In this document: positions 59,155 to 64,000 of the stretch, piece by piece
Layout of the letters: each line of letters begins with the position of its first letter
Position numbering within the stretch: the first letter of the stretch is position 1
Assembly (NCBI GenBank): GCA_037447435.1
Contig: JBBIGR010000008.1
Coordinates: 32,001-96,000 of the forward strand
Length of the DNA stretch: 64,000 bases
Source of the DNA: Fibrobacteria bacterium
Lineage (GTDB): Bacteria; Fibrobacterota; Chitinivibrionia; Chitinivibrionales; FEN-1185
Direction: 5' to 3'
Notes under the pieces: generated by a model
The model's database searches: none
What the model saw: the letters and a program-made list of their open reading frames with translations, nothing else
What the model was told of the DNA's origin: nothing
Translations under genes and position numbers: made by a program

Positions 59155-59967
59155 ATGGGTTTAAAAAAAACAAAACGCTTAGTAATAAGGCTATACTTTT
59201 TCTTTCTTGAGTTTGGCATAGATCCTTTACGTACAGTTCGATCAATAAAAGGATTAATATTTTATGGCAAAGATTTTATCGAACTGAAAAAGCAAGTTCG
59301 GCAGTCATTTCCGGATTTTCCAATTAAAAGTTTATACCCATGCCTAAATGATCGCTTTGACCAGGGCGATTGCGTTTTAACGCATTATTTCCAACAAGAC
59401 TTATATGTGGCTCAGAAGGTTTTCCTGGCACGGCCAAGAAAGCACGTCGATGTTGGATCTAGTTTGACGGGTTTTGTAGCTCATGTTGCGTCTTTTCGAA
59501 ACTTAGAAGTTATCGATATACGAAATGTAAAGCATTCGATTCCAAACGTGAAGTTCCAAAGAAATGATATTACCGATCCTTCTTTTAATCTGAAAAATTA
59601 TTGCGATTCTCTTTCATGTCTCCATGTCTTGGAACATTTAGGCTTAGGCAGATACGGCGACACTGTGGATGGCAACGGCTACAAAAAAGGCCTTACAAAT
59701 CTGGCTCAGATGCTTGAACCAAACGGGACTCTATATCTTTCAGTTCCCATCGGACCCCAACGGATTGAATTTAATGCTCATAGGGTTTTTTCAGTGGAAT
59801 ATTTTTTAAACATTGTGGAAGAATGGTTTTCAATCATTTCGTTTTCGTATGTTGATGATGCAGGGTTCTTGCATGTTAATGCGGCACTAGAGCAGGACGA
59901 CATTAATTCCAATTTTTCCTGCATTTATGGATGTGGCATTCTGGAGTTAAAAAGAAATAGCAATTAA
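59155..59967 (+). CDS. DUF268-like / methyltransferase-fold protein
   Basis: HYFQQDLYVAQ; HVDVGS; DSLSCLHVLEHLGLGRYGD; YLSVPIG..RIEFNAHRVF. Confidence 0.75.
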   Translation: MGLKKTKRLVIRLYFFFLEFGIDPLRTVRSIKGLIFYGKDFIELKKQVRQSFPDFPIKSLYPCLNDRFDQGDCVLTHYFQQDLYVAQKVFLARPRKHVDVGSSLTGFVAHVASFRNLEVIDIRNVKHSIPNVKFQRNDITDPSFNLKNYCDSLSCLHVLEHLGLGRYGDTVDGNGYKKGLTNLAQMLEPNGTLYLSVPIGPQRIEFNAHRVFSVEYFLNIVEEWFSIISFSYVDDAGFLHVNAALEQDDINSNFSCIYGCGILELKRNSN

Positions 59968-60001
59968 AATTCGCAAAATTCATTTGAATCGGAGTATAAA
60001 A

Positions 60002-61228
60002 GTGAATAAAACAGTTCTGCTTTTGTGTTATTATTATTTACCGTGCAATCATTCGGCCTCAAAACGTTCCGGATGTTTGGCGAAGTATCTTCCAACGTTT
60101 GGGTGGAAAGCGCTAGTGCTTTCGAACAAATGGACAGAAAATAATTGCACCTATGATTTAGGCTTTATAAAAAACCTTCCTGCTGATGCTGTTGTTGGGA
60201 GGGCTGACGATGCAGAATATTCTTCCCGCTACCCTGGAAAATTCTTTCGAAAAATAAACACATTTTTATTGCCTCACCATTTTCCTTTTCACTACCGGCG
60301 AAATGCAAAAAAACAATTGTCAAGAATTGTAGAAGAAAATAAAATTGACATTATATGGGCAACTTCGCCACCAGATGCGCCTCTATGGCTTGCCTCATGG
60401 TGCAAAAAAAAATGGGGCATTCCTTGGGTTGCTGATTTTCGTGATGTATGGGGAACTTGTCCATTTATGATAAATAAAATTATGGATCCAATACATGTAT
60501 TTCATGAAAAACGGATGATGCGAACGGCTTCCGCAATTGTAACGGTTTCGGATCATTTAGTGGAGGTACTACAAAAAAGGCATAAAAGAACAGTTCATTT
60601 AATACCAAATGGGTTTGATCCCGAAGGTGTTGTGAAAACGCAACCTGTTTCGCTTCCTAATTTTCGGATTGTTTTTACGGGAAGCGTGGGAAGAAAAATG
60701 ATTGAATATGGAGTTTTACTCGCGGAGGTAATAAATCATTTACACCTACAGGGTTCCATTAACAAAGACAATATCTCAATTGAATTTTATTCTGATAATA
60801 CAGATTTGCTAAAAGAGTTTCTACAAAAACCGCAATTTATTTCCTTCATAAAAATCTCCAAAAGAGTGTCTGCGGAAGAATGCATAGATTTGCAACGGAA
60901 CGCCGCAGTGTTGTTGATGTTTACATATAACGGTTTTAAGGGAATGATGACAGGGAAAATATTCGAATATCTTTCGGCAAAACGCCCAATTCTTGTTATA
61001 CCCAATGATCATGATTGCGTAGAGCAAGTAGTTAAAGAAACCAATGCAGGTTCCTGTTGTTCAACATCCGAAGAAATAGAAAAACAAATTCTTTTCTGGT
61101 TTACTGAATGGAAAAAAACGGAAATAATTGCCTATCATGGAAATGAAGAGGCTATTATGAAATATTCGCGCAAAGAACAGGCAAACAAATTTGCAAAAAT
61201 ATTTAATGAAATATCAAAAGCTAACTAG
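60002..61228 (+). CDS. Glycosyltransferase family 4-like (GT-B)
   Basis: YYYLP; LAKYLPTFGW; ATSPP; PWVADFRD.W; IPNGFD; GKIFEYLSAKRPIL; GTG start after GGAG. Confidence 0.88.
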   Translation: MNKTVLLLCYYYLPCNHSASKRSGCLAKYLPTFGWKALVLSNKWTENNCTYDLGFIKNLPADAVVGRADDAEYSSRYPGKFFRKINTFLLPHHFPFHYRRNAKKQLSRIVEENKIDIIWATSPPDAPLWLASWCKKKWGIPWVADFRDVWGTCPFMINKIMDPIHVFHEKRMMRTASAIVTVSDHLVEVLQKRHKRTVHLIPNGFDPEGVVKTQPVSLPNFRIVFTGSVGRKMIEYGVLLAEVINHLHLQGSINKDNISIEFYSDNTDLLKEFLQKPQFISFIKISKRVSAEECIDLQRNAAVLLMFTYNGFKGMMTGKIFEYLSAKRPILVIPNDHDCVEQVVKETNAGSCCSTSEEIEKQILFWFTEWKKTEIIAYHGNEEAIMKYSRKEQANKFAKIFNEISKAN

Positions 61229-61273
61229 ACCATCTATTTCAAACTTTTTTAAGACTTAGCATAATAAAAAAAT

Positions 61274-62752
61274 ATGCTCGCCTATCCTACAAATTTCCCA
61301 TTAACAAACGGTTTAGCACAAATTCCCAACAATCGCAGCAAAGCAACTAATAAAACTTTGTTGCTATGCTTATTTGCCCTTTCGTTTGCAGCAGGGATAG
61401 GGTACATTCAGGTCTTTTGCAAAGAGGGACAAATTGCCACTTCTTTGTTTTATTCTTTTACCCTGGTATTTGGTGTCAAAACAATTTTCATGCTCTCTCG
61501 GGCAGTAAACGATTCTCGAATTAAATATTTGGCATATATATTCCTCATAAAAATGATCATTTTATTATTCTTGCTTCATTTTGCATGGGAGCCGCTTCTT
61601 AATCCCCACGCTTTATACTACGGTTATGATCCTCAACGATACTATTTTCAGGCAGAAATGTTGGCAAGAAACCATTTTAATATGAAAAATCTCGATATTA
61701 ATTTGAATTATCCGGGAATTTTATATTATTGGGGCTTCTTTTTTAACATATTTGGACACAATACTGTTGTTCCATTAATTGTCAATTCATTAACAACAGA
61801 AATCGCGTGCATTTTAATTGTTTTTACCGGATATCATATCCGGCCCTTTCCCAAAAAACATGATTGGATGCTTGGTCTTTTTATGGTAATTCCAGAGGTT
61901 TTGTATTTTGATACAATCTCTGCTCGTGAGTCGGCCATGATGGGGCTGCTTATTATTAGTATACTAGGTGTTTTTCTTTTCTTTTCTAAATTATTAAAAA
62001 AAAACAAGATGTTATCATACGGACTAATGGCATTATCAATTGTTAGTTCATTTCTTGTATTATTTATTAGAACCCCAATGATTCTGCCAATTATTACAAG
62101 CCAGTCCATGCTCCTGTTGGTGTCAAGAAATGTGAAACCAAGTTTAATAAAAACCGTATTTTCCGTTATTGTAATAATACTTTTGTTTTCTGTATTTCAA
62201 GGTTTATTAAGAAAATCCGGATTTGATTACACAGATAGAATTATGAGAACGCAAAGGATGGAGTTGGGGAATGAATGGACTGAAAATTCAATCGGAAAGA
62301 AGTTTGTGCCAAAGAACAACCTAGAATATGCCTTTTTTGCTCCATTTCGCTTTGCAATTTATATTGCCGCCCCATTACCAACAATTGACATACGTGTTAA
62401 AGAATTATTTTTAGGCTATTTTTTTGCTTGGGAAATTCTATTAGATACAATAAGCGCATTCATTTATGTTGTATTGTTCCCTTTTGCTATGGTTTCCATC
62501 TATTACATTATGCGTTTTGGTAAAAGAAATTGGGCTGTTTTTGCAATTCCCTTTCTCTTTTCTTTTGCTTCAATAGCTTTTGGAAATGACATTATACATC
62601 CCAGGTATCGATTAATGGCCATTCCGTTTTTATGGGGTGCGATTTGGCTTGGACGATTTTGCAAATTCAAATTGATTGAGAAAAGTTTTGCGGGATGGTA
62701 TTTCGTTATTTGTGCAGGAATAGTCACTTATTTCGGAATGAAGGGCTTTTAA
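61274..62752 (+). CDS. Polytopic membrane protein, probable Wzy-type polymerase
   Basis: 10 or more TMs; YDPQRYY loop; ARES; PRYRLM near the C-terminus; located among GTs after wzx. Confidence 0.6.
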   Translation: MLAYPTNFPLTNGLAQIPNNRSKATNKTLLLCLFALSFAAGIGYIQVFCKEGQIATSLFYSFTLVFGVKTIFMLSRAVNDSRIKYLAYIFLIKMIILLFLLHFAWEPLLNPHALYYGYDPQRYYFQAEMLARNHFNMKNLDINLNYPGILYYWGFFFNIFGHNTVVPLIVNSLTTEIACILIVFTGYHIRPFPKKHDWMLGLFMVIPEVLYFDTISARESAMMGLLIISILGVFLFFSKLLKKNKMLSYGLMALSIVSSFLVLFIRTPMILPIITSQSMLLLVSRNVKPSLIKTVFSVIVIILLFSVFQGLLRKSGFDYTDRIMRTQRMELGNEWTENSIGKKFVPKNNLEYAFFAPFRFAIYIAAPLPTIDIRVKELFLGYFFAWEILLDTISAFIYVVLFPFAMVSIYYIMRFGKRNWAVFAIPFLFSFASIAFGNDIIHPRYRLMAIPFLWGAIWLGRFCKFKLIEKSFAGWYFVICAGIVTYFGMKGF

Positions 62753-62754
62753 AC

Positions 62755-63930
62755 ATGTTTGCCCCAGATGTTAAAAATAAACTTAAAAACATAAGATTGC
62801 TAAATGCTATAAACATAACTATGAAACGTGTGTTTACACAAATAGAATATAAATCCAACAAGGAATGGTATAAAAGAAAATCGGTTTGTCATCCACATTA
62901 TTTAAAACCCCCGACACCCCCTTCCTCCGGGAAACCTGCCATATTTTTTCTGGGAACAGACAAGGAACAGGATACAAGCGGAATCATTCAAGCTCTGCAG
63001 AAAATAGGCCAGTTAACTTTTTTTACAAAAGTCGATGGCGCTTATGGTCATAATATTAATCTTGATGTAGTAGAAAAAAGAAGATGCAATGCAAGCAGAT
63101 TGCTTCAACTCTTTGATGAATTGCATAAAAAAGGCCAGACTCCTCAAATACTCATTAGCCAAACTTGGGGCGGTTATATCGATCCTGGAGTTTTTACGGA
63201 AATTAAAAAAAAATATGGATCTCTCTGCGTTAATATCGCCATGGATGACAGGCATCAATTCAAAGGGAAAAGAGTAAATGGAATTTGGAGTGGCACCAAG
63301 GGGTTGATCGGCCACATAGATTATGCCCTAACTGCTGCCCCCGAATGCGTTGAATGGTATGAAAAAGAAGGATGTCCTGGAATGTTTTTTCCTGAAGCGA
63401 GTGATCCCAATATATTCCATCCAATGCCGCATCTTGAAAAGAAATTCGAAGTATCATTTATCGGAGCAAAATATGGAATTCGGGAGCGGCTTGTAAAGGA
63501 AATAAAAAAAGCGGGCATCCCGATTACAGCATTTGGCACAGGGTGGGAGAACGGCCGTCTTCCCACAGAAGAAACACCCACGCTTTTCGCGCAATCAAAA
63601 ATTGTCCTTGGCGTAGGAACTATTGGATATTCCGATGATTTTTACAGCCTTAAAATGAGGGACTTTGATGGGCCTATGTCAGGAAGCTGCTATGTTACAG
63701 GGGATAATCCTGATTTATATGAGTTGTATATACCTGAAAAAGAATTGGTATTATACAAATCTGTTCATGATTGCATTACTAAGATTAAGTGGCTTTTAAA
63801 CAATGAAGATGAACGGGAAAAAATCGCCCAAGCCGGAAGGGCACGGGCGTTGGCTGATCATACCTGGCAAAAAAGATTTGAAACGGTTTTTAAAACTCTT
63901 GGAATATGGTTTTCATCTGAGGCGATTTAA
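62755..63930 (+). CDS. CgeB/Glyco_trans_1_2-family glycosyltransferase
   Basis: MDDRH; VSFIGAKYGIR; FGTGW; SKIVLG; KMRDFDGPMSG; RARALADHTWQKR; start ATG 62755. Confidence 0.85.
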   Translation: MFAPDVKNKLKNIRLLNAINITMKRVFTQIEYKSNKEWYKRKSVCHPHYLKPPTPPSSGKPAIFFLGTDKEQDTSGIIQALQKIGQLTFFTKVDGAYGHNINLDVVEKRRCNASRLLQLFDELHKKGQTPQILISQTWGGYIDPGVFTEIKKKYGSLCVNIAMDDRHQFKGKRVNGIWSGTKGLIGHIDYALTAAPECVEWYEKEGCPGMFFPEASDPNIFHPMPHLEKKFEVSFIGAKYGIRERLVKEIKKAGIPITAFGTGWENGRLPTEETPTLFAQSKIVLGVGTIGYSDDFYSLKMRDFDGPMSGSCYVTGDNPDLYELYIPEKELVLYKSVHDCITKIKWLLNNEDEREKIAQAGRARALADHTWQKRFETVFKTLGIWFSSEAI

Positions 63931-64000
63931 TGTGCGGAATCTGCGGGATAATTAATATTGATTTTAGTCCAATATCCCCACAATTGCTTATTGCAATGAG
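63930..64000 (+). CDS. asnB: Second asparagine synthase-family amidotransferase, 3'-truncated by the window edge
   Basis: ATG overlaps the previous TAA; reads MCGICGIINIDFSPISPQLLIAM, the Ntn-amidotransferase N-terminus. Confidence 0.8.
   Translation, partial: MCGICGIINIDFSPISPQLLIAM

Overview
A gene-dense, almost entirely coding bacterial chromosomal window. I infer a diderm of the Fibrobacterota/FCB type from the SprA-like giant outer-membrane protein, the Cys-rich FGE-domain proteins and the AgmX/PglI-type TonB domain. (1) 1-15.2 kb: Wza/Wzc-type exopolysaccharide operon with a methyltransferase, eight intact GT2/GT4 genes (one a GT2-deacetylase fusion), a Wzy/ligase-type protein and one internally deleted GT4 pseudogene. 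(2) 15.2-19.0 kb, minus strand: FGE-domain protein, a divergent galT and three unknown genes. (3) 19.3-33.7 kb: CAU-anticodon tRNA, tilS, ftsH, folP, a membrane-anchored FGE-domain protein coupled to a 2110-aa SprA-like (T9SS translocon) protein, rne/rng, rplU, rpmA. (4) 33.8-37.3 kb, minus strand: wzz-wzy-GT2. (5) 37.5-64 kb: MBL hydrolase, pyrE, a NusG-paralog antiterminator and a >24-kb, more AT-rich surface-glycan locus (wbpB/wbpD/wecB, asnB x2, hisH2/hisF2/wbpG, wzx, methyltransferases, a YfhO-like GT-C) that runs off the right edge. I saw no mobile elements, CRISPR arrays or rRNA. The best candidates for undescribed biology are the FGE(GldK/J-fold)+SprA module, an Arn/Gtr-like lipid-carrier glycan-tailoring cassette, the CAU tRNA directly upstream of tilS, and a structured leader downstream of the NusG paralog. 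All family calls come from motif recognition by eye; no database search was run.
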